Shown: positions 9,666 through 19,890, counted from the stretch's first letter. The stretch is DNA of 64,000 nt from an uncultured Syntrophomonadaceae bacterium (GCA_964627855.1 CAZVLE010000098.1:15160-79159), one strand, 5' to 3'. Notes: generated by a model not told the origin, from the sequence alone. A program made the numbers and translations.

Positions 9666-9943
9666 AGCTGCACCATCTCTCTATAATTACATTAACGCTT
9701 GCGCCTCAGGGCAATTTTATTTTAGCACAGTTTGTGTAGTTTGCAACATTATCGTTGTTGAACACAGCTAGGGGCTCACCGCTCTAGATTCTGGAAAAAG
9801 AGCCTTCATTCTAGCAGGTTTGCCTGCCAGAGGCAGAGAAATAGATATTATTATGACAGGTCGGCTATATCGATGCAGCACCCGGCATGTGAGTCAATGC
9901 AACACCCTTTGTTGCAGCAAATAAGGCAATATAAATAAACTGG

Positions 9944-10462
9944 TTGGTGATAGGACAGATGAAAGGAACAAGTCATTCTCAGCCTAAGCCCCCCGTCTTT
10001 TCGAAACAGATGTTCGAAAAATGCTGCCTACTAGTTGAGAGCAACCTGGAAGAGATGGAACTAATCACAAAAATGCTTTCCTGCAGCGATTTTCTTTTGG
10101 AGCAGGATAAAAAGCAATTGCTTTTCTATGGCAGTTATCTTTATGACTATTACCTGCTGGCAGAGGACTGCCTGCTCACTATTGCCAGGATAACAGATAA
10201 ATGGGTCCCGGCAAGCCTGGACTGGCGCTACCGTCTGATCGATTTGATGCAGGCGCCCCGTGAAGAACAGCGACCTCCGGTAATTTCTGAGGAATCTGCT
10301 GCCCTGCTAAAAGACTTCCTGATCCTCTTTCTGAATTACCACCATCACTCTAAGAACTTTTCTGCGGCCAGGATCGGTAAAATGGTCAAAGTAATCGACA
10401 CCCTGAACTTCCTGCTGGTAAGAGAACTGAACAAGATCATCAGCATCCTGAGATTAAGATAA
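9944..10462 (+). CDS. hypothetical helical protein
   Basis: 172-aa ORF (TTG at 9944, ATG at 9959). No secure motif. The resemblance to four-helix HepT/DUF86-like proteins is too weak to call. Confidence 0.45.
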   Translation: MVIGQMKGTSHSQPKPPVFSKQMFEKCCLLVESNLEEMELITKMLSCSDFLLEQDKKQLLFYGSYLYDYYLLAEDCLLTIARITDKWVPASLDWRYRLIDLMQAPREEQRPPVISEESAALLKDFLILFLNYHHHSKNFSAARIGKMVKVIDTLNFLLVRELNKIISILRLR

Positions 10463-10675
10463 ACAGATCCTTTCATTTAAGCTGGCTACAACTGTCATGG
10501 TGGATTATAAGCTCTTTTTTTAATGGCATCTTCCGCTAATTTGCGGTATCATAAAGTGAAAAATACCCGTGCTGTCTTTTATGAAAACGAGATAATTCTA
10601 CGGGATTGACTTAACTAATTTAGGTATTTTAAATGCTAACATTACGGGTAACCATAATACCTATTTAATGATATC

Positions 10676-11128
10676 ATGAAAGGGGTAATTGCCTTGAAGA
10701 ATAATGAAAAAGCCGGCGAAAGCGTGATTGAAGCGTTGCAAAGCCTGCCGTCTGTGCCTAACTGTGCAACCTTCATGAAAGCTGAATTTATAGAATATGT
10801 ACCTGGAGAGAAACTGACGTTCTCATTTCCAGTTCAGGATATTTACCTTAACCCCGCTCAATCGATGCAAGGAGGATTCATCACTGCTGCCTTTGACAAT
10901 GTTTTCGGACCCTTGAGCTTGCTGGAAATGAAATCTTCATATACCACTACCATTACCCTGACAACCAGCTATCACCGACCAATTTTTGCCGGCGATAAAC
11001 TCACCGTAACAGCATACATAAAAAACATAGGCCGCAGGAAAATTCATATGCAGGCCGATGCTTTTAACCACGACGAAAAACTAATTGCTACCGCCACATG
11101 CGACTATTTGCTTGCAGATCCGGCTTGA
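10676..11128 (+). CDS. PaaI-family hotdog-fold thioesterase
   Basis: ~150 aa with NPAQSMQGGFITAAFDNVFG, typical of PaaI/YigI thioesterases. An alternative TTG start at 10694 has a better SD (AAAGGGG). Confidence 0.75.
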   Translation: MKGVIALKNNEKAGESVIEALQSLPSVPNCATFMKAEFIEYVPGEKLTFSFPVQDIYLNPAQSMQGGFITAAFDNVFGPLSLLEMKSSYTTTITLTTSYHRPIFAGDKLTVTAYIKNIGRRKIHMQADAFNHDEKLIATATCDYLLADPA

Positions 11129-13258
11129 GTATGACTCAAACTGAAGGTTGAAACGGCACCCTTCTTCACCTGCCATCATTATAAAGCCACCACTGGAAAA
11201 ATATATTCTGTTAGTCCTTCTTATCGAGCTGTCATAAATGATGTTGTCATGATGGTCAAATGCTATAAAGCGCCAATTATCTCCATCCGGGGGCATCAGG
11301 GTAACCAAAGCTTGTCCCTCAATTTTTCGCCACTGGTTAAGAGATTCACTTTCGATAATAACCTTCTCTGTCTCTTTTAACACTTTTGCAGCATCGGCTT
11401 CCGAAAAAACTGCTGTGTAAAAATGCAAAAAATCTTCTCCATTTTCTTTATACATCTTAATTGTGCCGAGATCCATGGCAGCATTGATGGGCATCAGCAA
11501 GCACATATCGGCACGTGATGCGCTGCTTATCAAGTACGGCCTTCCGGCAAAAAGAATATACCCCGGCAGCTCTTCAACAAGACTTAGTTCACTAATACTT
11601 GAATAGGTTAAGTTTGAGCTGTAAGCGAGTGAGTAATAGGCATCATTGCGTAAAAGCCATTTACCGGCTCTATCAATCCATGGCTCTTGCGAGGCAGCTG
11701 AGGGAGCTAGCATCTGGGCTAATGGTATTTCTTCACTGTAATTACTCAGTGAAACGGCCATGAAAATGTACTTTTCCTCATTAACTTGATCAAATCTCAA
11801 CCAAAGCCCGTAATCATCGTTGTTCGGAGCATAATCAGCATAAAAGTAACCGTTTGCGCGATAAGGCATTTTTGCAGAAGCAGGAACCCAATCACCTGCT
11901 TTTTTATCAAAACGCTGGAGAAGCATCCCCCCTTCATCAATTGACACCTTGAACAAGCCGTGACTGCTACCGTATATACCCTCAAAGGTATAATATTGCT
12001 CAGGCGTTTCAAGCCTTGGAGCTGGTATAATGGTTGCTTCCTCATAATCCTCCAGGATATGGTTTTCATTTAAAAGGTCAATTGCAAAATCAATGATTAT
12101 TTTCAGGATATCTGTGGTTACTCCCTGTGATATTATCGCCACCGATAAACGCAGCTCAGGCAGGTAAAGCAACTGAGAATTGGATTGATCTGTTCCACCA
12201 TTTTTAGTAACAGCCTTGATCCCGAGGGTAGGGAAAGGATACACCTCAACATCATCAAAGCCTAGGCCATAATACATATAAGGATTATCGCTGAGTTGTA
12301 AATTGTTAACAGGTGCAAAAATTTCATTAATCGATTCCTCTGACAGGATCCCCCTTTGTGGATCAAAAACGCTTGAGAAAATAGCTAGATCTGCTGCACT
12401 GCTCAATATCCCACCGGAGCCAAGGGCACTGACATATTCCTGAGGGTGGCTTTCAGGGTTATTACTATCATAGTAAAAGGGAATGTTGATCTGGCTATAA
12501 TCATCATCAGGGAAAAAGGTATGCTGCATATTTAAAGGTCCGGTAATATGCTCAAGGATATAATCTCTATAGCTCATGCCACTGACATGTTCGATCAGGT
12601 ACTCAGCAATAATAAAGCCATCATTGCAGTAAACACTCAGGTAGCCCGGGTCGTGTTTTAAATACTCATCTTCCAAGGCCTGAAAAGTTTCAAAGGGGTA
12701 ATCAGGGTTGTGTCTGAAACCGAAAGCTTTTGTGAAGTTAGTGCCAGGCATACCGGAAGAATGGTCCAGAAGCATACGCACAGTAATATCTGCATAACGT
12801 GGATCCTGCATGCTGAAATCTTGGAAATAAGCCGTAAGGGGATCATTGAGGTTGACCATGCCGTCATCTACGAGTTTCATGATCGCAGCAGTTGTATAAA
12901 CTTTTGATATTGAACCAATCCTGTTAACGGTATCAAAGCCAAGTTGCTCTTGCTTTGCCCGGTTCAGGATTCCAAATTGATCTTCATAAATGATTTCTCC
13001 CTCAAAGGCAACGGCAAAGGTGACAGCAGTAGCGCCTCCTTTAGCCATGTTTAAGTAGATCTCTTCACGAAGGTTTGTTTTTACTGAGTCTGTTACGATG
13101 ATAGCTTGGTCGTTTACAATTGCGCTTTCGGGTTCTATTGCTACCGCATCTGGTTCATGATTACAACCCATACAAGCGAAGGTGAGAAATATCGGCAGGA
13201 TTAGAAAGCTCAACGTCTTTTTCACTTTCAGGCTCCTTTCATCCTTTCTTGTCATCAC
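11081..13258 (-). CDS. serine hydrolase, beta-lactamase/PBP4*-like family, lipoprotein with a long C-terminal extension
   Basis: SxxK motif (GSISKVYT), signal peptide with Cys (FACMGC), 725 aa. The 3' end overlaps the convergent thioesterase gene by 48 nt. Confidence 0.8.
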   Translation of the reverse strand: MMTRKDERSLKVKKTLSFLILPIFLTFACMGCNHEPDAVAIEPESAIVNDQAIIVTDSVKTNLREEIYLNMAKGGATAVTFAVAFEGEIIYEDQFGILNRAKQEQLGFDTVNRIGSISKVYTTAAIMKLVDDGMVNLNDPLTAYFQDFSMQDPRYADITVRMLLDHSSGMPGTNFTKAFGFRHNPDYPFETFQALEDEYLKHDPGYLSVYCNDGFIIAEYLIEHVSGMSYRDYILEHITGPLNMQHTFFPDDDYSQINIPFYYDSNNPESHPQEYVSALGSGGILSSAADLAIFSSVFDPQRGILSEESINEIFAPVNNLQLSDNPYMYYGLGFDDVEVYPFPTLGIKAVTKNGGTDQSNSQLLYLPELRLSVAIISQGVTTDILKIIIDFAIDLLNENHILEDYEEATIIPAPRLETPEQYYTFEGIYGSSHGLFKVSIDEGGMLLQRFDKKAGDWVPASAKMPYRANGYFYADYAPNNDDYGLWLRFDQVNEEKYIFMAVSLSNYSEEIPLAQMLAPSAASQEPWIDRAGKWLLRNDAYYSLAYSSNLTYSSISELSLVEELPGYILFAGRPYLISSASRADMCLLMPINAAMDLGTIKMYKENGEDFLHFYTAVFSEADAAKVLKETEKVIIESESLNQWRKIEGQALVTLMPPDGDNWRFIAFDHHDNIIYDSSIRRTNRIYFSSGGFIMMAGEEGCRFNLQFESYSSRICKQIVACGGSN

Positions 13259-13581
13259 TAGTCACCTCTTAATTATTTTTGTCCCCTTTTTTACTTGCAG
13301 TTATTGCAAGCTGTTACTCTAAGAACTGCTAGCCTGGAATTGTCACGGACCTTTTGCAAGCTTCACCGAACATACCAATTATTATGCGAATAGCCTGCTT
13401 AATGCAGTATAATTTATAGTGCATTTATAGAATAAAGGCATTTGCCTTAATATTTCTGCACCATGAAACAATATCCTTCTTTTTGCTCTGCCTTGAATTA
13501 ATAACCCAGATGGTTGTGCTTACCTGTAAACTGAGCTATATTGAGGCATGTGAGTATCTATTTACGCTGGAGGTTGAACAA

Positions 13582-13998
13582 ATGAAAAGGTGGCTGTTGA
13601 AAACAGAACCCGGGGAATACAGCTGGCAGGATCTCGCGTCAGAGCAAACTGCAGAATGGGACGGCGTCAAGGGAGCTGAAGCTCAGAAAAATATGCGTTC
13701 TATGAAAGCGGGAGATGAAATTTTTATTTATCATACGGGGAAAGAAAAAGCCATAGTCGGCACGGCAAGGGTAATTAAGGAGGCTTACCCCGATCCTGAA
13801 AACCCCCGCCTGGTGTTAATCGATCTCGAGGCAGGGCAGGCTTTAAAAAAACCGGTAACCCTGGCGTCGATTAAGGCTGAAGCTGATCTGGCAGACTGGG
13901 CCCTGGCCAGGCAACCCCGGTTGTCAGTGGTGCCGGTAAGCCAAAAACAGTGGGATATGATCATGAGCGGAAGGTTGAATCGGCAAGTTAATCGCTGA
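13582..13998 (+). CDS. EVE (PUA-like) domain protein
   Basis: MKRWLLKTEPGEYSW...GDEIFIYHTG...IVGTARV are the hallmarks of EVE domains. The ATG at 13582 follows a GGAGG SD; the upstream part of the track ORF (13483) is unlikely to be coding. Confidence 0.8.
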   Translation: MKRWLLKTEPGEYSWQDLASEQTAEWDGVKGAEAQKNMRSMKAGDEIFIYHTGKEKAIVGTARVIKEAYPDPENPRLVLIDLEAGQALKKPVTLASIKAEADLADWALARQPRLSVVPVSQKQWDMIMSGRLNRQVNR

Positions 13999-14165
13999 AG
14001 GAAAGAATCTATCAAAAAACACCACAGACAAAAAAGTTTTGCAAGCAGAATAGGCAAGGATAGGCCAGCCGAACTTACAATTTATCTGGATTCATGCACA
14101 GTTCCTGCAAAATGAACGTTAATGATACCGAGACCATGACCTCAAGGGTATAAGTTCTGAGAATT

Positions 14166-15041
14166 TTAACCCCAGAGAACCTTCATTCCCTTCGGTTCAA
14201 GGGTAAAGTGCATGTAGTCACCAACCAGAACTTCTCCTTCCAGGTGCAAAGGCCTTGCTTCACTCAAGCTTAGCTTGACCTCACTGGTCCGGTGCATGGC
14301 AGCCTGCTCAAGGTTTTTCAGGGTCCCGCTAAAAACCTTTGGGAAGTGGTATAGGAGGCTCAAACTATCCATTGTCTCCATGATGCAGACATCGAAAAGC
14401 CCGTCATCCTGCACAGCATCGGGAAGAATTTTCATGCCACCCCCATAGGCCTGGCCGATCCCCACGGCGACCAGCAAGGGTTTGCCAGTCATTGGGCCCT
14501 TACCAAGATCTATTTCCATCTCAACAGGTTCATAAGCAGAAAGGGTTAGTAAAAAAGCATAAACATAGGCAGAAACTCCGGTAAACGGTTTCACCCCGCG
14601 ATTAACCCGCATTGCAACTGCTGCATCAAAGCCAACCCCGACTGAATTGATAAAGTAACGACCCATTACTTTGCCTAAATCGATAGCTTTAATTTCAGCC
14701 CTGAGAAGAGCCCTGCAGGCAGAGTCAACATCACGGGGCATATGCACTGAAGTAGCAAAATCATTGCCCTTTCCACCATGCAGGGCCGCTAAAACTGCTT
14801 CTGTTCCTACTATACCGTTCAGAACTTCGTTAAGCGTTCCATCGCCACCGACGGCAACAATTATTTCAAATCCTTCTCTCGCGGCAACAGCGGCCGCCTC
14901 GATAGCATCCTCCGGACCTTTAGTTGTATATATTTCAAACTCTGCTCCGGCTTGCCGAAAAATATTTTCCACTTTTGGTATCAAAGCCTTAGCCCGACCA
15001 CCACCGGCGATGGGATTCACAATCAGCTTATAACTTTTCAA
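14166..15041 (-). CDS. diacylglycerol/lipid kinase family protein (YegS/BmrU-like)
   Basis: KLIVNPIAGGGRA...VAVGGDGTLNEV motifs. Confidence 0.85.
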   Translation of the reverse strand: MKSYKLIVNPIAGGGRAKALIPKVENIFRQAGAEFEIYTTKGPEDAIEAAAVAAREGFEIIVAVGGDGTLNEVLNGIVGTEAVLAALHGGKGNDFATSVHMPRDVDSACRALLRAEIKAIDLGKVMGRYFINSVGVGFDAAVAMRVNRGVKPFTGVSAYVYAFLLTLSAYEPVEMEIDLGKGPMTGKPLLVAVGIGQAYGGGMKILPDAVQDDGLFDVCIMETMDSLSLLYHFPKVFSGTLKNLEQAAMHRTSEVKLSLSEARPLHLEGEVLVGDYMHFTLEPKGMKVLWG

Positions 15042-15168
15042 GTGCTTCTTAACCTCCAGCCAGTCCGGTATTGAAAACCAAAATGCTCAAAAGAACTACA
15101 GGAAATCGGTATAACAATAAGGGTGAACGCATACCAATGTTTTTAAGGTCTATAACCCTTGCTTACTG

Positions 15169-16494
15169 TTAGTCGGTATTCTCCAGCCTCTTGCTGCGGG
15201 CGATTTCCTCGGGATCGGCACCAAGACGTCGCTGCCCGGCCCGCAGGAGGAGAAAGCCCAGGGCATAAACGACTGCTCCACCAATAAACATTCCCTGGTT
15301 GCCCATTAAATCCATGGCTGAACCAAGGACAAAAGGCCCGACCATCTGACCGCACATTGTAAAAACATAGTAGAGCCCGATGTAAAAACCAACCCTGTCC
15401 CGACCACCAAGATCGGCAATCAGGGGCATTGCCTGAACGTTTACAAGAGCCCAGGCAAAGCCGGCAAAAACGAAAATTACACTAATTATTACCGGATTCC
15501 GGACCGGTATGGCTATCAGGAAGAGAGCCGGCACTATGGCCAGGCCGATCAACATAGCCGGTATCTTGCCGATCTTAGTTCCAATCACCCCGGCAAGCAG
15601 AGCAAAAACAAGGAAAGATCCGGCAAAAGAGGTCAAGATAAAAGCTGCCCGCCCTTCAGTCAGACCGAGTGTTTCTACCCCGTAAATGGGAAACATGGCA
15701 TCAAGGCCTGCAAAACCGATAAAATAAGTAAGCATGGCGGCAAGAATTAAGAACTGCCCGAAATAATCTGGCTTGAAAAGAAGGCGGATTCCGACAAGAG
15801 CTTCCCTGATCGGATTTTTGGCAGCAACAGGCAGGTTGTCAATATATTCGGGGCGACGATCGGCCTTCCACAAAACAATGGCCAGTGTTATTAGCAGAAC
15901 TGCTGCACCGATGCCAAAAGTAAGCCGTGGATCAATATCATAGAGCAGTGACAGGACCCCAAAAGAAATAAGTGTGCCCAGTCCGCCCATAAGGTTGATG
16001 ATCCCGTTAGCCGTTGAACGTTTCTCCGGTGGGGTATGATCAGGCATCAAAGAAATAACCGGACCACGGTATGAATGCATTGCTGCAGTAAAAACTATCT
16101 CAGTAATAATCAGGGTCCAGAGGATGGCAGCGGCGAATGGAATGGCAAAAAAAGTAAGAGCCGCTACTGGCAGAGCTACCACAATGAAGGGCATTCGCCG
16201 ACCAAGGGGAGAATTAACCCGGTCAGACCAGGCACCAATTATCGGGATCAGGATTAATCCAATCAGGTTATCTGTACCCATCAGCAGGCCAATCAATGCA
16301 CGTGATTCTATAAATTCGCGGTACATGAGCGGTAAAAAGGCATTGTAGGTGGTAAAGGCGAGTTGCACGCCTAGAAAGCCAAAACCGACCCACCAGATCT
16401 TGGCATAGGAAAAAGGCTTACTATCTTTTTCACCGCTCTTAGCGGCTGGTGATGTGACTTTGCCCCCCTCATCCCCGCTCATCGTTTTAAGCAC
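15169..16494 (-). CDS. MFS transporter
   Basis: 441 aa, ~12 TM segments, GxxSDRxxSPLGRR loop motif. Confidence 0.8.
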   Translation of the reverse strand: MLKTMSGDEGGKVTSPAAKSGEKDSKPFSYAKIWWVGFGFLGVQLAFTTYNAFLPLMYREFIESRALIGLLMGTDNLIGLILIPIIGAWSDRVNSPLGRRMPFIVVALPVAALTFFAIPFAAAILWTLIITEIVFTAAMHSYRGPVISLMPDHTPPEKRSTANGIINLMGGLGTLISFGVLSLLYDIDPRLTFGIGAAVLLITLAIVLWKADRRPEYIDNLPVAAKNPIREALVGIRLLFKPDYFGQFLILAAMLTYFIGFAGLDAMFPIYGVETLGLTEGRAAFILTSFAGSFLVFALLAGVIGTKIGKIPAMLIGLAIVPALFLIAIPVRNPVIISVIFVFAGFAWALVNVQAMPLIADLGGRDRVGFYIGLYYVFTMCGQMVGPFVLGSAMDLMGNQGMFIGGAVVYALGFLLLRAGQRRLGADPEEIARSKRLENTD

Positions 16495-16746
16495 CCTTTA
16501 AAGAATAATGACATCATCAAGTACCTCCTAAAAAGATATTTTACATTATATAATACGGCTAGCAGGCTCTTCTTCCTCCCCATTTACAAAAAAGCATTAA
16601 ATTTTAGGATTAATCGCTTCTTAATCCCGATCAAGATTTTCATTAGATAACTTCTCTTCGATGTCTGGCTTTCTCATACTTCGATTTAGTATAATGAATA
16701 GTATCCTTAAGGGAGGTCAATAATAAGAAAGAGCAGGTCTATTGAT

Positions 16747-17580
16747 ATGCAAAAACAGCTTACCCTTTACTATCCTCAATGGCAGGGCAGTGGTCCGGAC
16801 CGGTCCGTTTACCACGGTGCCAGGGAACTTAGGGCAAATTACCTGGCCGGTTTCAAACTGAAGGAAGTTCCAGTGGATATAGCCGGGGTGACCCGCGTTA
16901 AAAATAATATTTTCGGGTATGATGAACTTTTGAAACAGATCCGGGCAGCCTCTGACATTATTATGAACAATAGACCTGAGAAGATATTTACTGTTGGCGG
17001 TGGTTGTGATGCCGGAGTAGTTCCTCTTGCCTATCTTAATGGCAGCGCAACAGGCGCCCTGACAGTTGTCTGGTTTGATGCTCATGGAGACCTTAATACT
17101 CCGCAGTCATCAAAGAGTAAATTCTTTTACGGCATGCCCCTGCGAACCCTGCTGGGAGAGGGTGACACTGAAATGCTAAAATTCATACCCCGGATTTTGG
17201 AACCTTCTCAGGTCATCCTGGCTGGTGCAAGAGACCTTGAAAGGGCAGAAATGGAGTATCTGGATAGCCGGAAAATTACCCGGTGCGGTGTGCAAAGTAT
17301 GGAGTATGACAACCTTGGATTATCTGCTCTGGTCAGGGCTAAAGGAAAACAACAGGTCTATATCCATCTTGATCTCGATGTTTTAGATCCAGCCGAATTT
17401 CCTCATGTAGCGGTCCCTGTCAGGGGAGGATTAAAAATAAAAACTCTCAGTAGGCTTATTGAAAAAATAAATGACGAATTCAGCCTGGTCGGCCTTGGAA
17501 TTTTCGAATATAAACCGTCAGGGCTTAAATCAACTGAACTGCTCAATAACCTTTTTCAAATCGGCCTCAACCTGAATTAG
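16747..17580 (+). CDS. arginase/agmatinase/formiminoglutamase-family protein (variant first metal motif)
   Basis: WFDAHGDLNTP (DAHxD) and HLDLDVLDP (DxDxxDP) are present. The first motif reads GGGCDAG instead of GGDHS. Confidence 0.7.
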   Translation: MQKQLTLYYPQWQGSGPDRSVYHGARELRANYLAGFKLKEVPVDIAGVTRVKNNIFGYDELLKQIRAASDIIMNNRPEKIFTVGGGCDAGVVPLAYLNGSATGALTVVWFDAHGDLNTPQSSKSKFFYGMPLRTLLGEGDTEMLKFIPRILEPSQVILAGARDLERAEMEYLDSRKITRCGVQSMEYDNLGLSALVRAKGKQQVYIHLDLDVLDPAEFPHVAVPVRGGLKIKTLSRLIEKINDEFSLVGLGIFEYKPSGLKSTELLNNLFQIGLNLN

Positions 17581-17654
17581 CCCTGAAGCGGGGACGGTTA
17601 TGCCGGCCGGTAATGTATATTGGCATCAGTTGCCAAAAGAGAGGAGGACTTGTA

Positions 17655-18776
17655 TTGCCCGAGAAAAATGTTGACACAGTTGCCCTGGTGCGCTGCAGAC
17701 GCTATGACCCGGATGAGGTTTATAACAGTCTGAAAGAGCTCTTTGACCACTGCGGTGGATTAGCTGAAATGGTAAGACCGGGGCAAAAGGTCTTACTCAA
17801 ACCTAATCTGCTGGCTGCCGCAAAACCGACCGAAGCCGTAACAACGCATCCAGCAATAATAAAAGCCCTCTCACTAATGCTGATCGAACTGGGCGCCGAG
17901 GTTCTTGTCGGCGACAGCCCGGGTAATGATAAAACGGAGACTGCCCTCAGGGTAAGTGGGCTTCTGGAAGCAGCAGAAGAAGTTGGCGCCAAAACCGTTA
18001 ACTTTACCCAGGGCGAAAATAAAGAGTTTATAGGTTTCAAAAAAAGGATGCTTCCCCTGGCGGCAGAACTGAACCAGGTAGACCTGGTCTTCAACGTGGG
18101 GAAACTAAAAACCCACTCTCTTACCGGCCTTACCGGTGCGGTTAAGAACATCTACGGCTGCGTTGTGGGCAGGCAGAAAGCACGCTATCACCTTGAACAC
18201 CCTCTGCCATCTGATTTCTCAAGACTGCTTCTGGATGTCTACCTGGCCGTAAAACCGGTTTTTTCGATCATCGATGCAGTAATCGCCATGGAAGGACCGG
18301 GCCCACGCAGGGGTAGACCAAGACAGCTCGGCCTCTTGATGGCTTCAAAAAATGCAATAGCCCTGGATAATGTAGCTGCAGCAATTACCGGTTTTGATAC
18401 TGACCAGGTTACAACTTTGGCCGCGGCTAAGGAGGTGCTCTTGTCCGGTGTCGACCTCGCTGCGATTGATATTAAGGGCCTTACACTGGAAGAATGCCGG
18501 GTTACAGATTTTGACAGGGGCCCCGCTGCCAGCGGTAAGATCACCGGCCTGCTGACCCGCTTTCCTTTCGCCTGGTTAAGAAACCTGTTGGAGAACAGGC
18601 GCCCCTATCCCCACATCAACACCTTGAACTGTAACGGTTGCGGGGTTTGCTTTGAGCATTGCCCGGCCAGGGTAATCAGCTTTTGTGGAGACATCCCGGA
18701 CATTGACCTAAAACAATGCATCCGCTGCTACTGTTGTGCAGAGTTCTGCTCACAGGGAGCTATCGATTTAAAATGA
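17655..18776 (+). CDS. DUF362 domain protein with C-terminal 2x[4Fe-4S] ferredoxin-like module
   Basis: DUF362-like core (VLLKPNL...GDSPG...KTH). The C-terminus CNGCGVCFEHCP ... CIRCYCCAEFCS gives two CxxCxxCxxxCP-type clusters. The TTG at 17655 follows GAGGAGGA; the track start at 17613 is also possible. Confidence 0.75.
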   Translation: MPEKNVDTVALVRCRRYDPDEVYNSLKELFDHCGGLAEMVRPGQKVLLKPNLLAAAKPTEAVTTHPAIIKALSLMLIELGAEVLVGDSPGNDKTETALRVSGLLEAAEEVGAKTVNFTQGENKEFIGFKKRMLPLAAELNQVDLVFNVGKLKTHSLTGLTGAVKNIYGCVVGRQKARYHLEHPLPSDFSRLLLDVYLAVKPVFSIIDAVIAMEGPGPRRGRPRQLGLLMASKNAIALDNVAAAITGFDTDQVTTLAAAKEVLLSGVDLAAIDIKGLTLEECRVTDFDRGPAASGKITGLLTRFPFAWLRNLLENRRPYPHINTLNCNGCGVCFEHCPARVISFCGDIPDIDLKQCIRCYCCAEFCSQGAIDLK

Positions 18777-18794
18777 TTGATGAGATAAACTATT

Positions 18795-18825
18795 ATAGCC
18801 TCCTGCAGTTTATATGCAGGGCTAT
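18795..18825. terminator. hairpin between convergent genes (possible bidirectional terminator)
   Basis: ATAGCC-TCCTGCA...TGCAGG-GCTAT imperfect stem (~11 bp with a 2-nt bulge), followed by TTTATAACTT. It lies between the DUF362 gene (+) and the hydrolase gene (-). Confidence 0.4.
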
Positions 18826-18853
18826 TTATAACTTGCAAAGGAAGCATTAATAT

Positions 18854-19846
18854 CTATTTTTCGCTGGCAGCATCTTTTTCTAAAAATTCCAGTAGTGTGT
18901 TATTAAAATAATCCGGTGCTGTTTCCATGGGGCAGTGGCCTTCTCCGGGGATCACGATTAGCTCTGCTCCTGCTATCAGGGCCTGTAGTTCTTCACCCCG
19001 CCCCAGGGGAACCCAGGCATCTTCTTCACCCCAGAGGCACAAAACCGGGACAGTTAAATCACCGACATACTCCAGCAGAGGCGCCGGTGCCGTCAGGAAT
19101 AGATCGGCCATCACAGCATCAGTGTTTTCAAGCATCAGGGGTTGAAGGTAACCTTCCACTTCAGTCTCCGTTGGCAGCCGGCCATAAGCTGAAGAAAGCA
19201 AACCTTCGATACGTTCCTTGTTAAAGAAAAACCTTGGTCCCAAAACCCTGACCCAGCGACTCAGAGGTGGGTACTGATAGAAATAAGATAACAGGGAAGG
19301 CTCAAAATAAGACAGCGCCCCGGCTGCAAAAGTAACGCTTTTAACCCGATCCTGATCCTGAAGAGCCATTGCCGCGACTGTTGCCCCTCCCATCGAGTGG
19401 CCGACAAGATCCCACTTATGGCCCGTATCTAACTGATCGAGTAATAACCAGAGTAGTTCCGCCCTCGAAGCGGCCGAATGATCAAAGCCGGCTTGACGGT
19501 CGCTGAGACCAAAACCGGGAAGATCGACAGCAATAACCTGGTAACCATTAGCCTGCAAAAACAGCGCCGTATAGCGCCAGGTAAATGTAGAGCCGCCAAG
19601 CCCGTGAACTAGCAAGATGTTATTTTCTGCCCCGGAACTGTCACCCCAGTAACGATAGTGGAGATCAATATTACCCAGATTGACAAAAAGTGAGTTCTCA
19701 TAAGCCAGGTCACGGGAATTGCCTTGCAGGGGTTGTAATGGGATCAGGTAGGGAACAACACTTAGCAGAACAAAAAAGGCCAGCAAAAAGAGCAGGAATT
19801 TTTTAAAGAAGACCTTAAGCTTTTCATCCCCTGCATTAACTGTCAA
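18854..19846 (-). CDS. alpha/beta-fold hydrolase with N-terminal membrane anchor
   Basis: HGLGGS oxyanion region, nucleophile elbow GHSMGG and a C-terminal GEGHCP His. Confidence 0.8.
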   Translation of the reverse strand: MTVNAGDEKLKVFFKKFLLFLLAFFVLLSVVPYLIPLQPLQGNSRDLAYENSLFVNLGNIDLHYRYWGDSSGAENNILLVHGLGGSTFTWRYTALFLQANGYQVIAVDLPGFGLSDRQAGFDHSAASRAELLWLLLDQLDTGHKWDLVGHSMGGATVAAMALQDQDRVKSVTFAAGALSYFEPSLLSYFYQYPPLSRWVRVLGPRFFFNKERIEGLLSSAYGRLPTETEVEGYLQPLMLENTDAVMADLFLTAPAPLLEYVGDLTVPVLCLWGEEDAWVPLGRGEELQALIAGAELIVIPGEGHCPMETAPDYFNNTLLEFLEKDAASEK

Positions 19847-19890
19847 TACATAAGGAGCCTCCTTATTTTACCTGAAATGAGTAAATCTCT

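Noticed and set aside
9944-10462. Possible HepT/DUF86-like toxin (four-helix protein; segment LKDFLILFLNYHHH vaguely like the RxxxxH motif).
   Set aside because: The Arg of the Rx4H motif is absent, no MNT-type nucleotidyltransferase partner is adjacent, and the similarity is too weak to support by eye.
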